Assembly (NCBI RefSeq): GCF_963921235.1
Contig: NC_086097.1
Span: 42,038,001-42,102,000 of the forward strand
Reading direction: 5' to 3'
DNA: 64,000 bases
Source: Mobula hypostoma
Taxonomy: Eukaryota
In this document: in pieces, positions 1 to 11,947 of the stretch
Layout: each line of letters begins with the position of its first letter
How positions within the stretch are numbered: position 1 is the first letter of the stretch
Translations under genes and position numbers: made by a program
The notes under the pieces: model-generated
What the model was told of the DNA's origin: nothing
The model's input: the letters and a program-made list of their open reading frames with translations, nothing else
Database searches by the model: none

Positions 1-656
1 AGGTGAGGGGGGTCCCCAGTGGAAGTCCCTTTACAAGGGAGTCCTCCCCATGCACCTTGGGGATCTCGGCTGGAGGGTGCTGCATAAAGCGGTGCCCTGC
101 AATAAGTTCTTTAGTCTGTACACGGATCTCCCAGCCGCGTGTCACTTCTGCGGGCTGGAGGAGACCGTGTACCACATGTACGTGGAGTGTGTGAGGCTGC
201 AGCCCCTTTTCGCGTTTTTGCGTGGGCTGCTTCTCGCCTTCTGGTTGCATTTCAGTCCCACCCTATTTATATATGGTCATCCAGTAAGGAGGGGGGCACA
301 GAGGGATGAGGATGTCCTTGTCAACTTGCTCCTGGGGCTGGCGAAAATTGCCATCCGTGGCTCCTGGAAAAGGGTGGCAGGAGGTTCTCCCCGGGCGGAC
401 TGCCTGGCTATGTTTAGGGGGTATGTTCGTGCCCGGGTGAACATTGAAAAGGAATACGCACAGTCCACGGCGACCGTAGAGGTGTTCCGGGACCGTTGGG
501 CTCCGCGGGGTGTAAATGCCATCATTGATGAGGATGGCAATATATTGGTTTAAGATGTATTGTCTGTATGTAGTGTAGTAAATATGTTAGTCAGTGGGTT
601 TGTAAATATTGTATAGCACCGACATTTGTAATAAAGAATTTTGTAAAAAAAAAAAA
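1..656 (+). mobile_element. 3' end of Tx1-clade (L1 group) non-LTR retrotransposon: ORF2 C-terminus, 3' UTR, poly(A)
   Basis: ORF 50..553 has a zf-RVT-type motif CHFCGLEETVYHMYVEC and a Tx1-like C-terminus (NLLLGLAKIAI...FRDRW). AATAAA at 630-635, A12 at 645-656, then an abrupt join to Gypsy integrase sequence. The 5' part lies outside the window. Confidence 0.85.
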
Positions 657-659
657 TAA

Positions 660-2775
660 TACATGTTTTGGCCCATTCACTGACCTGTTTACGAAGTCCA
701 TGCCACACGAACCTGTTGGAGACCAGCCGGACAGTTGTCCTGATGGAGGGGTGCGCTAAGTTGTGAATGGACTCGAAAACCCGCCGGCGCCAGGCTGCTG
801 GGACGACGGGGCGGGGTTGGCCGGTAGCGACGTCACATAGTAGAGTCCTCTCACCTGGGCCTACGGGGAGGTCTTGGAGCTGCAAACCGGAGACTGCAGT
901 CCTGTAACTGGGGATCTCAGTGTCTGCCTGCTGTGCCTCTGCCAGCGCTGCATAGTCCACCCCCTGGGACAGGGCCTGTATGGTAGGTCTGGAAAGTGCG
1001 TCCGCCACGACGTTGTCCTTTCCCAGGACATGCCGGATGTCCGTCGTGTATTCGGAGATGTAGGACAGATGTCGCTGCTGGCGGGACGACCAGGGGTCGG
1101 ACACCTTAGTGAACGCAAAGGTAAGCGGTTTGTGGTCTGTGAACGCGGTGAAGGGCCTACCTTTTAAGAAGTACCTGAAATGCCGGATTGCCAGGTATAG
1201 TGCCAATAGCTCCCGGTCGAAAGCACTGTATTTGAGTTCGGGTGGTCGTAGGTGTTTGCTGAAGAACGCCAGGGGTTGCCAGCGACCCTCGATGAGTTGT
1301 TCCAGCACTCCACCGACCGCTGTGTTGGATGTGTCCACCGTGAGGGCAGTAGGAATGTCCGTTCTGGGGTGCACTAGCATCGCGGCATTTGCCAAGGCTT
1401 CTTTAGTTTTAACGAAAGCGGTTGCGGCCTCTTCGTCCTAGGTAATGTCCTTGCCCTTACCCGACATTAGAGTGAACAGGGGTTGCATGGTTCGGGCTGC
1501 TGAGGGGAGGAAACGGTGGTAGAAATTCACCATACCCACAAATTCCTGCAGGCCTTTGATTGTGTTGGGTCGGGGGAAGTTGCAGACCGCGTCTACCTTG
1601 GCGGGCAGCGGGGTTGCCCCGTCTTTAGTAATCCTGTGGCCCAGGAAGTCAATGGTGTCGAGTCCGAACTGGCATTTGGCTGGGCTTGTAAGGCCGAATT
1701 CGCTCAGGCAGGAGTAGAGCTGGCGGAGGTGGGACAGATGCTCCTGCCGACTACTGCTGGCTATGAGGATATCGTCCAAATAGATGAATGCAAAGTCCAG
1801 GTTGCGTCCCACCGCATCCATTAGCCGCTGGAAAGTCTGTACGGCATTCTTTAAACCAAACGGCATTCGGAGGAATTCGAAAAGTCCGAACGGGGTGATA
1901 AGTGCTGTTTTGGGGATGTCGTCCGGATGTACAGGGATTTGATAGTATCCCCGGACGAGGTCTACCTTGGAAAAGATTCTTGCGCCATGTAGGTTTGTTG
2001 CGAAGTCTTGAATGTGCGGCACAGGGTAGCGGTCTGGCGTTGTAGCCTCGTTCAGTCTGTGGTAGTCACCGCATGGTTGCCAGCCCCCCGTTGCCTTGGG
2101 CACCATGTGAAGGGGGGAGGCCCATGGGCTGTCGGACCATCGTATGATCCCCAATTCCTCCATCTTCTTGAACTCCTCCTTCGCCAGTCGGAGCTTGTCC
2201 GGGGGAAGCCTTCGAGCACGGGCGTGGAGGGGTGGTCCCTGGGTCGGGATGTGGTGCTGTATTCCGTGTCTGGGCATGGCTGCCGTGAACTGCGGTGTCA
2301 GTACTGATGGGAAATCTGCCAGGACCCTGGTGAATTCGTCGTCGGACAGCGTGATGGAGTCCAGGTGTGGGGCTGGCAACTGTGCTTCACCCAGGGAGAA
2401 CGTTTGAGAAGTCTTGGCGTGGACTAATCGCTTCCCTTGCAGGTCGACCAGCAGGCTGTGGGCTCGTAGAAAATCCACCCCCAGGAGTGGTTGGGCCACG
2501 GCGGCCAGTGTGAAGTCCCACGTGAACCAGCTGGAGCTGAACTGTAGCCGCACCGTGCGGGTGCCGTAGGTTCGTATTGTGCTGCCATTAGCGGCCCTCA
2601 GGGTGGGTCCCGGTTCTCTGTTGCGGGTGTCGTAATTCGTTGGAGGTAAGACGCTGATCTCCGCTCCGGTGTCGACCAAAAAGTGGCGTCCCGACTGCTT
2701 GTCCCAGACATACAGGAGGCTGTCCTGATGGCCAGCCGCCGTAGCCATCAGCGGCGGCTGGCCCTGGCGTTTCCC
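660..2775 (-). pseudogene. pol: Gypsy pol (protease, RT, RNase H, N-terminal integrase) with an in-frame stop at 1438-1440
   Basis: Protease [37 protein letters not shown]; RNase H LTVDTS, YSAFDRELLA, FTDHKPL, NVVADALSR; integrase HNLAH...WAKTC cut off at about 660. TAG sits where Trp is expected (DIT*DEE). Confidence 0.92.
2730..2775 (-). promoter_or_regulatory. -1 ribosomal frameshift signal at the gag/pol overlap
   Basis: Slippery heptamer G GGA AAC in the gag frame (2775-2769), 5-nt spacer, then a perfect 12-bp stem GGCCAGCCGCCG/CGGCGGCTGGCC with a 10-nt loop. Confidence 0.85.
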
Positions 2776-3449
2776 GGGAATTTGCAGGGCGGTCTGCAGC
2801 GGTGGGCCTCTGTACCCCACCGCTGGTGGTAGAAACACCATTGTTCTTTGGGTTCCTCACTCCCGTCGTCGGGTTTTGTAGGCTCTGCTGCCGGGCCTGG
2901 TCTGGTCTGCCGTTGGGCACGCGGCTTGGTGATCTGTGCGATGGACGCCCCTCTCTCTTTCCTGGCATTCCACAGCACATCTGCCCGGGCCGCCACCTCC
3001 CAGGGGTTGCTGAAATCTGCGTCGGACAGGCATATGTCCTCGGGCAGTTGCTCTAGGAACGCCTGCTCAAACATGAGGCGGGGTTTGTGTCCTTCAGCCA
3101 GGGCCAGCATCTCGTTCATTAATGCTGACGGCGGCCTGTCTCCCAAACCATCCAGGTGCATTAAGCGGCGTGCTCGTTCGCGCCGTGAGAGTCCGAAAGT
3201 CCTTATGAGCAGGGCCTTGAATGCTGTGTATTTGCCGTCCTCCGGGGGCGACTGTATAAACTCCTCAACTTGTGCAGCTGTCTGCTGGTCGAGGGAGCTC
3301 AGCACGTAGTAGTAGCGAGTGGACTCCGAGGTTATCTGCCGAATGTGGAATTGAGCTTCTGCTTGTTCGAACCATAAATGGGGTCGCAGTGTCCAGAAGC
3401 TTGGCAGTTTTAACGAAACTGTGTGAACAGATGCAGCGTCGGTCATCTC
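2748..3449 (-). CDS. gag: Gypsy gag-like protein (start codon uncertain)
   Basis: ORF 2748..3506(-): VSLKLPSFW...[13 protein letters not shown]-terminus and a C-terminal [14 protein letters not shown] Cys/His motif. The upstream part of the tracked ORF overlaps the PBS/LTR, so the real start is downstream. Confidence 0.85.
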   Translation of the reverse strand, partial: EMTDAASVHTVSLKLPSFWTLRPHLWFEQAEAQFHIRQITSESTRYYYVLSSLDQQTAAQVEEFIQSPPEDGKYTAFKALLIRTFGLSRRERARRLMHLDGLGDRPPSALMNEMLALAEGHKPRLMFEQAFLEQLPEDICLSDADFSNPWEVAARADVLWNARKERGASIAQITKPRAQRQTRPGPAAEPTKPDDGSEEPKEQWCFYHQRWGTEAHRCRPPCKFPGNARASRR

Positions 3450-3472
3450 TGGTCCAAATATCGTTTGGGCCA

Positions 3473-3484
3473 TCGGGGTCACCA
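3473..3484 (-). promoter_or_regulatory. Primer binding site complementary to the tRNA-Trp 3' end
   Basis: Minus strand TGGTGACCCCGA matches the first 12 nt of the tRNA-Trp PBS known from avian leukosis/sarcoma viruses (TGGTGACCCCGACGTGAT). Confidence 0.85.
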
Positions 3485-3486
3485 AT

Positions 3487-3772
3487 TGTATCGGTGTGCT
3501 ACACACAGCGCTAGAATAACCACACGGAGTCGGTGAGTTAGAGTTGCGATGAAAGAGACTTATTCAAACTTCGCGGCCTGCTTTAAAGCCTTCCCGTTCC
3601 CGCCCTCCCTGGGGCGGGACTACTGTGGGGAATGCATATTCCCAGACCCTTTCTGCGCGCGGGATTTTCCCCCTGCTGGTGAAGATGGCCTGGCGCCCTT
3701 TCTGGGGCCGGCCCTCTGCCTGCGCGCGCTGTTGTGAGCCGGTTCGTGTGCGCCAGAAAGTGGGTCGCCACA
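3487..3772 (-). repeat. 5' LTR (286 bp) of the Gypsy element
   Basis: The minus strand starts TGTGGCGACC (3772) and ends CCGATACA (3487), followed 2 nt later by the PBS. Confidence 0.85.
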
Positions 3773-4790
3773 GCATTACAATGAAATACATGGTAAATAA
3801 ATATAGAGAAAATAAAGTTACACTAAGTATTTGTACATATGTCAATTAACTAGTTAAGTTAAAGGAAGTAGTGCAAGGCAGCAGAAATAAAAAAGTAGTG
3901 AGGTCGTGTTCGTGGGTTCAATGTCCATTTAGGAATCAGATGGCAGAGGGGAAGAAGCTGTTCCTGAATTGTGGAGTGTGTGCCTTCAGGCTTCTATATC
4001 TTCTTCCAATGGTAACAGTGAGAAATGGGCATGTCCCAGGTGGGGGAGATCCTTATTGATGGATGTAGCCTTTCTAAGGCACCACTCCTTGAAGATGTTT
4101 TGGATACTATGGAGGCTGGTACCCATGATAGAGCTGACTAATCTTGCAAGCTCCTGCAACTTATTCCCATCTTCTGCAGCCAGTCAGAATGCTCTCCACG
4201 GTACGTTTGTAGAGGTTTTTGAGTGTTTTAGTTGACAAACCAAATCTCTTCAAACGCATAATGAAATATAGCTGCTGTCTTACCTTCTTCATAGCTGCAT
4301 CGATATGTCGTGTCCCGGTTAGGTCCTCCCAGATATTGACACCTAGAAACCTGAAATGCTCACTCTCTCCACTGCTGATCCTTCTATGAGGATTGGTTAG
4401 TGTTCTCTTGTCTTACCCTTGCCGAAGTCCACCATCAGCTCCTGGGTCTCGTTGAAGCTGAGTGCAAGCTTGTTGCTGTGACACCACTCAACTAACCGGT
4501 ATATCTTGCTCCTGTATGCCCTTTCATTACTAAATGAAACTCTGCCAGTTTCCTGAAGTCAACAATCAATTCCTTGTTCACTTTGAGTGTGAGAGTGTTG
4601 CTACCACACCATTCAACCTATATATCTCACTACTGCATGCCTCCCTGTTGCCATCTGAGATTTTAAACAACAACTATGTCATCTGCAAGTTTATAAATGG
4701 TGTTTGAGCTGTGCTTAGGCAAATAATCACAACCATAAAGAATGTAGAGCAGGGGGCTAAGATCTAACCCTTGAGGTGTGTCTGCGTTGG
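3773..4790 (-). mobile_element. Decayed Rex1/Babar-type LINE 3' fragments (host of the Gypsy insertion)
   Basis: Visibly similar to the Rex1-type copy at 59961-61305, e.g. shared TTCAATGTCC.TTTAGGAATCAGATGGCAGAGGGGAAGAAGCTGTT. Confidence 0.75.
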
Positions 4791-4870
4791 TTACTAATGA
4801 ATATTGTCAGGAAGACTTTAGGGTGGACTTTGTAAAACTTTACATCCCAAATGGGACTGGGAAGCAGTCC

Positions 4871-6032
4871 ACACAAAATGCTGGAGGAACTCAGCAGGCC
4901 AGGCAGCATCTATGGAAAAATGTACAGCTGACATTTTGGATCGAAACCCTTTGGCAGGACTGGAGAAAAAAAACAGAAGAGTAGATTTAAAAGGTGGGGG
5001 AGAGGGGAGAGAGAAACACAAGGTGAAGGGTGAAACCTGAAAGGGGAGGGAGGAAGTAAAGAGCTGGGAAGTTGATTGGTGAAAGAGGCTAAAGGCCATG
5101 GAAGAAAGAAAAAGGGGGGAGGAGCACCAGAGGGAGACGATGGACGAGCAAGGAGATGTGAGAGAGGGAAAAAGGATGAGAAATGGTGAAGGGGTTGGGG
5201 GGGGTGTTTATTACTGGAAGTTTGAGAAATCGATGTTCATGCCATCAGGTTGGAGTCTACTCAAACAGAATATAAAGTGTTGTTCCTCCAACCAGAGTTG
5301 CTTCATCACGACAGTGGAGGAGGCCATGGGTGGACATATTGGAATGGGAATGGGAAGTGGAATTAAAATGGGTGGCCACTGGGAGATCCTGCTTGTTCTT
5401 GCAGACGGAGTTAGATGCTCGGCGAAGCTGTCTCCCAATCTACGTCAGGTCTCACCGATACTCAGGAGGCCGCACCAGGAGCACCAAACACAGTAAATGA
5501 CCCCATCAGACTCATAGGCGAACTATTGCCTCACCTGAAAGGACTGTTTAGAGCACCAAATGGTAGTGAAGGAGGAGGTGTAGGGGCAGGTGTAGCACTT
5601 GTTCCGCTTGCAATGATAAGTGCCAGGAGGGAGATCAGTGGGGATGGGTGAATGGACGGGGGGTCTCATAGGGAGCGATCCTTGCGTAAAGCAGAAAGGG
5701 GGGAGGGAGGGAAAGATGTGCTTGGTGGTGGGATCCCGTTGAAGGTGGCAGAAGATTCAGAGAATTATGTGCTGGACGCAGAGGCTGGTGGAGTGGTGGG
5801 TGAGGACAAGAGGAATCCTATCCCTGGTAGGGTAGCAGGAGGATGAGGCAAGAGCAGAAGTGGGTGAAATGGAAGAGATGCAGTTGAGGGCAGCGTTAAT
5901 GGTGGAAGGAGGGAAGCCCCTTTCTTTGAAAAAGGAGGACATCTCCTTCATTCTAGAATGAAAAGCCTGAGTCCCGCCAGCATTTTGTGTGTGTTGCTCA
6001 GATTTCCAGCAAATGCAGGTTTTCTCTTCATT
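4871..6032 (-). mobile_element. Decayed Penelope-like element with a short inverted terminal repeat at the right end
   Basis: GIY-YIG C-terminal remnant (LQPDGMNIDFSNF, ORF 5211..5438). pLTR at left, inverted pLTR tail at about 5975-6032. Degenerate TSD CTGGGAAGCAGTCC (4857-4870) / CTGAAAAGCAATCC (6033-6046). Confidence 0.8.
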
Positions 6033-6754
6033 CTGAAAAGCAATCCTATTTGATTATAAAAATAGATAATATTATCTAAGCATCCTGAAAATGAACTATG
6101 CTATATTAGGAATATGATCTAAATTTCAAGTGCATTCATTTTACAGTAAAGTTTGCTGTTTATCGTTAATCTTGTTTACAAATGGAAAGTCAGTTAATTG
6201 CACAGAAGATAAAATATGATTACTAGAATTTAGACCATAAAGCGTCAGATTTCTGCAAAGCAATTTCAATATAAACTACATGTATTTGGAAGCTGTGCAG
6301 TGTCTATGATTTTTCTTTCAGCCTTCATGGGCCATTCACGAAGAAGTAGATTTTGCATTGCTTTTGAAGCCAGCTTCACAATGATGAATAGACGATTTGT
6401 CCGATCACTCCCAAACCAACACTTCACGCCATCTGCTTCAAAATAGCTATTTCCTTGCTCTTCTTTAAGTGAAACCCCTAACCCGAACAGTAGCTTCATG
6501 GATAAAAGTGAAATGGAGTGTTATGGGCTATGTAGGAGGGAAGACTTAGATTGGGCATGGAGTAGGTTAAAAGGTTGGCACATCATGGGCTGAGGACCCA
6601 TACTTTTTACAGTTTATGAACTTTACCCACTGAGCTTATACAACTGGATATTCCTCATTTACCACCACTACCTACCGTTACTACCCCTCGCATCAGCAAG
6701 CCTGAGCCCACCGACTACCAAGATCCTGGTGATCAAGCTTACCTATTGATTGCG

Positions 6755-7360
6755 GTGGCTGCTCGTCAAGTTCGACGATGACAGAAGACCTGTGCGGGAG
6801 AGATTTTAAAAGTGGAAAAGACATTGCTCTGGGGCAGTTCCTCTCTGTCAACTTCAGAAGACCAGGACCAGTGGTATGAAGAAGCGTCACGAACTGAGGT
6901 CGTCCTTGGTTGCAGTGCATGGCCGTGTTGTCTTCTATGCCTCGTCATGCCCTTTGCTCTCTCTATGGAACATTGCAGTACTGCCTTCCTAGCTGTTGGA
7001 TCTCAGTGTGGATTTCATCTGCCCAGTCCGTCCAAGCTGACTTTGCACGTTGGGACCAGCACGTCCCTATCTCACCAGGGTATGAGGCCACTGGCTACCC
7101 TTTGCATGTTAGGACCAGCATGTCCCTATCTCACCAGGGTTCGAGGCCACTGGCTACCCTTTGCATGTTAGGACCAGCATGTCCCTATCTCACCAGGGTT
7201 CGAGGCCACTGGCTACTCTTTGGCTTCGCCCACCTGTCGAAGCGCTGTCCTGGGGTGGGGCTGCTGTAGCTTGCAAACAGTATCAAGTGGGGACCAAAGG
7301 AGAGTGAGATGCCCCAGAACGGACACAGCAAGCCCCTTCACCAGAGGTGGTAACTCTCCC
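6755..7360 (-). mobile_element. Non-autonomous RTE-derived element (RTE-like 5' head joined to RTE-like 3' tail)
   Basis: Minus-strand head CCACCTCTGGTGAAGGGGCTTGC resembles the BovB/Rex3 5' motif. Tail GTCATCGTCGAACTTGACGAGCAGCC resembles the RTE 3' end at 49842-49868. No RT ORF. Confidence 0.55.
7041..7222. repeat. Tandem repeat, 59-bp unit, about 3 copies
   Basis: Units start at 7041, 7100 and 7159; copies 2 and 3 are nearly identical. Confidence 0.95.
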
Positions 7361-7859
7361 TGGACACTCCATACACCCTGGTTATTGATCATCAGTTTAT
7401 TATTGTCAGATGTACCAACGTATAGTGGAAAGCTTTGTTTTGCATGCCAATTCAGACAGATCACGCCATACATCAAGGTAGCATGAAAGGAAAACATGAT
7501 CAACCAGCCTGTGATACATCACAACCCTGCCTAAGATCCCAGTACGTCCATGCAGCCCTGGCCATGTCTAATTATCAACACTTCACTGCCCTCAGTCCGT
7601 AACCTAACTGATTCTCTCTGCAATGGCTGGATGCATGGAAGAAATGTCTGGAGCATGCAAATCCACTCAGTAGCAAATAAAGCTTTGGTCCTCAGGCACT
7701 GCTGGACCTCCCAATGCCAGGCCCACAATTAAAACATTCATTAGCCTAGACTGAACCATCTCATCAACAGGCCTCAAGAGATGCTGACCCTGGATCTGGA
7801 CTCATGATTGAACAATCCCTTATCTCAAACAACATAGCTTTAAAATATAATGAAATGCT

Positions 7860-8305
7860 TGATGCAAAGCCCTCTACACCATTGGGCACGTCTAGAAGAA
7901 AGCAGCAGGCACCATCAAGGACTATCTAGGCCATGCTCACTTCTCACTGCTGCCATTGGGAAGGAGGTTCAGGAGCCTTAGGTCCTACATGACCAGGTTC
8001 AGCAACAATTATTACCTTTCAACCATCAGGCTCCTGAACCAGCATGGATAACTTCACTCACCTCAACCCTGAACTGATTCCACAACCGATGGACTCACGT
8101 ACAAGAACTCCGTCACTCACGTTCTCAGTATTTATTTATTTTGCCTTCTTTCACACATTGCTTGTTTGTCTGTCTTTGTGGGTATTTTTTCACTGATACT
8201 ATTGTATTTCTCTGTTTTACTATGAAAGCCTGCAAGAAAGTAAACCTCGAGGCAATATATGGTAACATCTAAATACTTCAACAATAAACTTACTTTGAAC
8301 TTTAA
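7860..8305 (+). mobile_element. Rex1/Babar-type LINE 3' remnant
   Basis: HAxFSLLP.GRR.RSL-like coding remnant, followed by a 3' UTR ending AATAAACTTACTTTGAACTTT. Confidence 0.65.
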
Positions 8306-8944
8306 AGTGCCTCGGCCCAAATTGCCGACTGTTTATTCCCATCCGTAGATGCTGTCTGACTTGCTGAGTTCTTCCAGCAGTTTTGAGTGTGCAGAATCTT
8401 GTGTCAACCTTCAAGATGCTCAGATATCTTTTTATGCTGCGCCTCTCAAGAAGTTGCTGTGATGATTAACAGGGCTCAGTCTAGACGGACACTGCTGTGT
8501 AAAAAAAAAGAAAAGGAAATGTGTGTGGTTTCCAGGCAACACCAGGAGTAGCCAGTGGTTGTTTCCATAATGCTGCATACACTTCACTATAAATCCCAGG
8601 ACTCCTGGTGTGAGCCTTCGTCTTGGGAACGCACAGTAAAATTGTCTGCTTTGACAGGATATTTACCGATGGCATAAAATTTACATCTGATTTATCGCAG
8701 AATAAAATGTATGCAAATAAGATTACAATAACTTATAAATCTAAATTTGTCAGCTGTTTCTTAAGTTTTGGAGAACAAATCCGAAATATACATTTTACAA
8801 AGCAGTAAACATTTTTAAACATCTTTAAATAAGTTAAATATCATTGCATAAAAATGATTACATTCCCAAAGGAGAGCAGCTTAGTCCTTAAATTTAAACT
8901 GCATAATAAGCAAATTTTGAACACTTCAACACAATTATGAATCA

Positions 8945-9750
8945 TCACACACAAATTGCTGGAGGAATTCAATAGGTTAGGCGGCATCTATGGAGGGAAA
9001 TGTTTTGTGCCCAGATCCCTCATCAGGACTGGAGACAAAGAGGGCAGAAGTCAGAATAGAAGGTTGGGGGCCAGGGAAAGTGGAAAAGGATACAAACTGG
9101 GATGTGATAGGTCAGAGAGGCAAAGGGCTGAAGAAGATGGAATCTGATAGGAGAGGACAGTAATCTATGGATTAGCAAGAAGGGTGTAGAGAAGCAGTTA
9201 AAGGGCCTGAAATAGGAGAAAATGGGCCGGGGGGGGGGGGGATAGTAGAGGAGAGTATTCCTGAAAATTAGCAAAATCGACATTGATCCCATCAGTCTGA
9301 CACTATCGAGGAGGAATACAAGGAGTTGTTCCTGTAATATGTGTCTAGAGTCAACGTGGCAATAGAGGACCTTGTGGACAGACATGTCAGTGTGGGAATG
9401 GGAAATGGAATTAAAATGGCTGACCAGCGGAAGATCAAAGTGATGGTGCTTGACGAAGCAATATCCAATCTGCATCACGTCTCATTGATATAGAGGAGAC
9501 CAGACCAGGAGCATTGGGTGCAATAAATGACTAAAGGATTCATGTGTGAAATACTGCTTCACCTGGAGACTCATGTTACCCCCTTGTCAGCTGTCCTACC
9601 TTTGCCTTTTCACCTGGATTCGCCCATCACCCACCAGATTCTGCTCTTCCCCCTCCCTCCCCACCCTTTGATTTTAGTTTTTGCCCTCCTTCAGTCCAGT
9701 CTTGAGGAAGGGTCTTGGCCAAAACATTGACCGACCATTTCCCTCCAAAC
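8945..9750 (-). mobile_element. Old Penelope-like remnant with an inverted pLTR piece (about 9575-9750, + strand)
   Basis: Similar to the PLE copies at 4871 and 52229; degenerate hammerhead region at about 9695-9732. Confidence 0.65.
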
Positions 9751-11252
9751 TAAACTCATAACATGCTGGTCACTAAGTCTGGTAGAATTTTGCACTATTT
9801 TCACTCTAGAACATAAGAAAATTTGCTCTTGCCTCATACAAACTCAAGTTATTTGTGAGCAAAAAAATGTAAGTCATCTCTTCCAGTAACAGAAAATAAT
9901 ACCCTCCCCATGAAAATACATCATTAATTGCAAAATATTATATCTAATCTGTCAAACAAAACCTATCCTACTCTACAATACAGAAGTTTTCTTCATACAT
10001 TGAAAAGCAAAGCTAAAAGGCTTTCATTTAGCATCAAAAGCACGACATTGCTGTAGTTTTCACTCTTCAGATGCCTGACCCAGTTCTGATTGTAATTTTG
10101 CATCCTTCTGTAGAACAGTATCCAAAAGGGCTCAGCATGATTCCATATTAAACAGAACCCCTGCTGAAACCAAAATATAACAAAAATCAACATTAAATAA
10201 ACAGAAAAAAATGCCTGTTGAGAATGAATAATAAGCTGTGCTATGTATTTAACTGTGAACGTACAGCAGATTGCCACTGTTGTTATCAAGTACTTTCTGT
10301 TTTTTTACCTGATGGGTGTAAACTGAGTGTGGATGTCATTAGTATCTAAACATTAATCAACAATCTGATACCCAGGGTCTGTTTTGGCTTCCGATAGAGC
10401 AGAATCATCCTCATCAGATCTACTGCTGGGAAGTCTGAAACATCTGTTATCAATCAAATGAGTCCTGGGTTAATTGGAATTGGAATTGGTTGATTATTGT
10501 CACATTTACTGAGATGCAGTGAGAAGCTTGTTCAGCCAGATCAAATTATTACACAGTGCTTGAGGAAGATCAAGGTAAATCTATAACAGAATGAAGAATA
10601 AACTATAACAGCTACACAGAATGGGCAGTGCAGGTAAACAATAATGTGCAAGAGTTTAGCTTTTACACCCACCCCACCTCTCACTGTCCATGTTGCCAGT
10701 TGATAGCAAAGCTCTTCAACTGAATATATCCAATACTCCACAGCTCTCTATATCTTCCAACAGTCCCAGTCCCTTCCACCAAGCATCTCCTAATCGACCC
10801 TTTTTGAACACCTTACCAACCCACTCTCCATTCATCAGTCCTCTCTACCCTCCGATCTTCTTCGCACTCCTCCCATGCAACCCGCCGGGCAACTCACTTT
10901 TTTTTCCCTGAATGTCAGCTGCACCAATGGAGTGAAAAATGAAGTTAATATAAATGAAGTCAAAACTTTTCAGAACTGGAAAGTAATTTTCCTCCCAAGC
11001 AAGCCATTTTAACACAGCTTTTAGGCATCATATTTGTATTAAACTGTAACAGGATCATTTTTCTGGTGGCTTTGACAGTGTACAATAAGAGTAGACATCA
11101 AAGCAATGTGATGTGGCATCCAAGGCAGTGCTCCAAAGGAGTGGTCTATGGGGAATTAGGTCATCCCATGCCTGTGTTAAACAGCTACAATTCATAATTA
11201 GAAATGGGCCAGCTAAACTTCTGGAACTGTATATTCCAACCTAGAAATCAAG

Positions 11253-11370
11253 GGCGACACGGTAGTGTGGTGGTTAGCGCACCTTACAGTGCAGTGACCC
11301 AGGTTCAATGCCCACCACTGCTTGTAAGGAGCGTGCACATTCTCGCCATGATGGCATGGGGTTCCTCCGC
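11253..11370 (+). mobile_element. tRNA-derived SINE 5' part (HE1/V-SINE-like), truncated by a PLE terminal repeat
   Basis: A-box-like TAGTGTGGTGG, B-box-like GGTTCAATGCC, and a V-domain-like TGTAAGGAG...TTCTC...GGTTCCTCCG. Confidence 0.65.
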
Positions 11371-11503
11371 AAACAAGAGAAAAGCCACAGGTGCTGGGAA
11401 TCCAAGCAACACACACACAAAATGCTGGAGGAACTCAGCAGGCCAGGCAGCATCTACGGAAAAGAGTACAGTCGATGTTTCAGGCTAAGACACTTCAGTC
11501 AAG
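11370..11503 (-). mobile_element. Solo PLE terminal repeat (hammerhead region plus tail)
   Basis: CAACACACACACAAAATGCTGGAGGAACTCAGCAGGCCAGGCAGCATC family sequence. Confidence 0.8.
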
Positions 11504-11947
11504 TATTTAAGGGGTAACTTCTTCACTCAGAGGGTGGTGAGTGTGTGGATTGTGTTTGCAGTGGAAGTGGTGAATGTGGGTTCGATTTCAAAACGTAAGA
11601 GAAGTTTGGACAGGTACAAGGATGGGAGGGGTATGGTCCAGGTGCAGGTCAGTGGTCTTAGGCAGAGTAATGGTTTGGCACAGACTAGATGTACCGTAGT
11701 GTTTTATGACTCTAAGAATTTATGTTGAATGTTAACAGATTTTTTTTAAACTTCCATGTCAACTGATAGCAATTTTACTGCTATTCAGAAAATTAAGCTG
11801 TTTTATGTATTCGTATTTATATTTGTATTATTGTGTTCTTTATCTTATTCTGTTTCTTTTTGTGATGCAGCAGATCCACCATAACAATTACTTCATTCTC
11901 CGTTACACTTGTGTACTAGAAATGACATCAAATATCAAACATGACGT

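Larger units (their letters stand above)
660..3772 (-). mobile_element. Ty3/Gypsy LTR retrotransposon (5' LTR, PBS, gag, pol), interrupted in integrase by the Tx1 element
   Basis: Domain order gag-PR-RT-RNaseH-IN on the minus strand, TG...CA LTR, PBS, and higher GC than the flanks. Confidence 0.95.

Noticed and set aside
550..660. C-terminal extension of the Gypsy 550..1395 ORF (IIFFFYK...)
   Set aside because: Read-through into the antisense of the Tx1 poly(A) and 3' UTR.
861..3849. Many overlapping antisense and alternative-frame ORFs across the Gypsy element
   Set aside because: Expected shadows of GC-rich coding sequence.
6266..6499. 77-aa minus-strand ORF in apparently unique sequence as a host exon
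   Set aside because: No recognisable domain and no convincing paired splice sites. It cannot be supported without a homology search, though it is not excluded.
7041..7222. CRISPR-like array
   Set aside because: Contiguous 59-bp tandem units with no unique spacers, no cas genes, and a vertebrate retroelement context.
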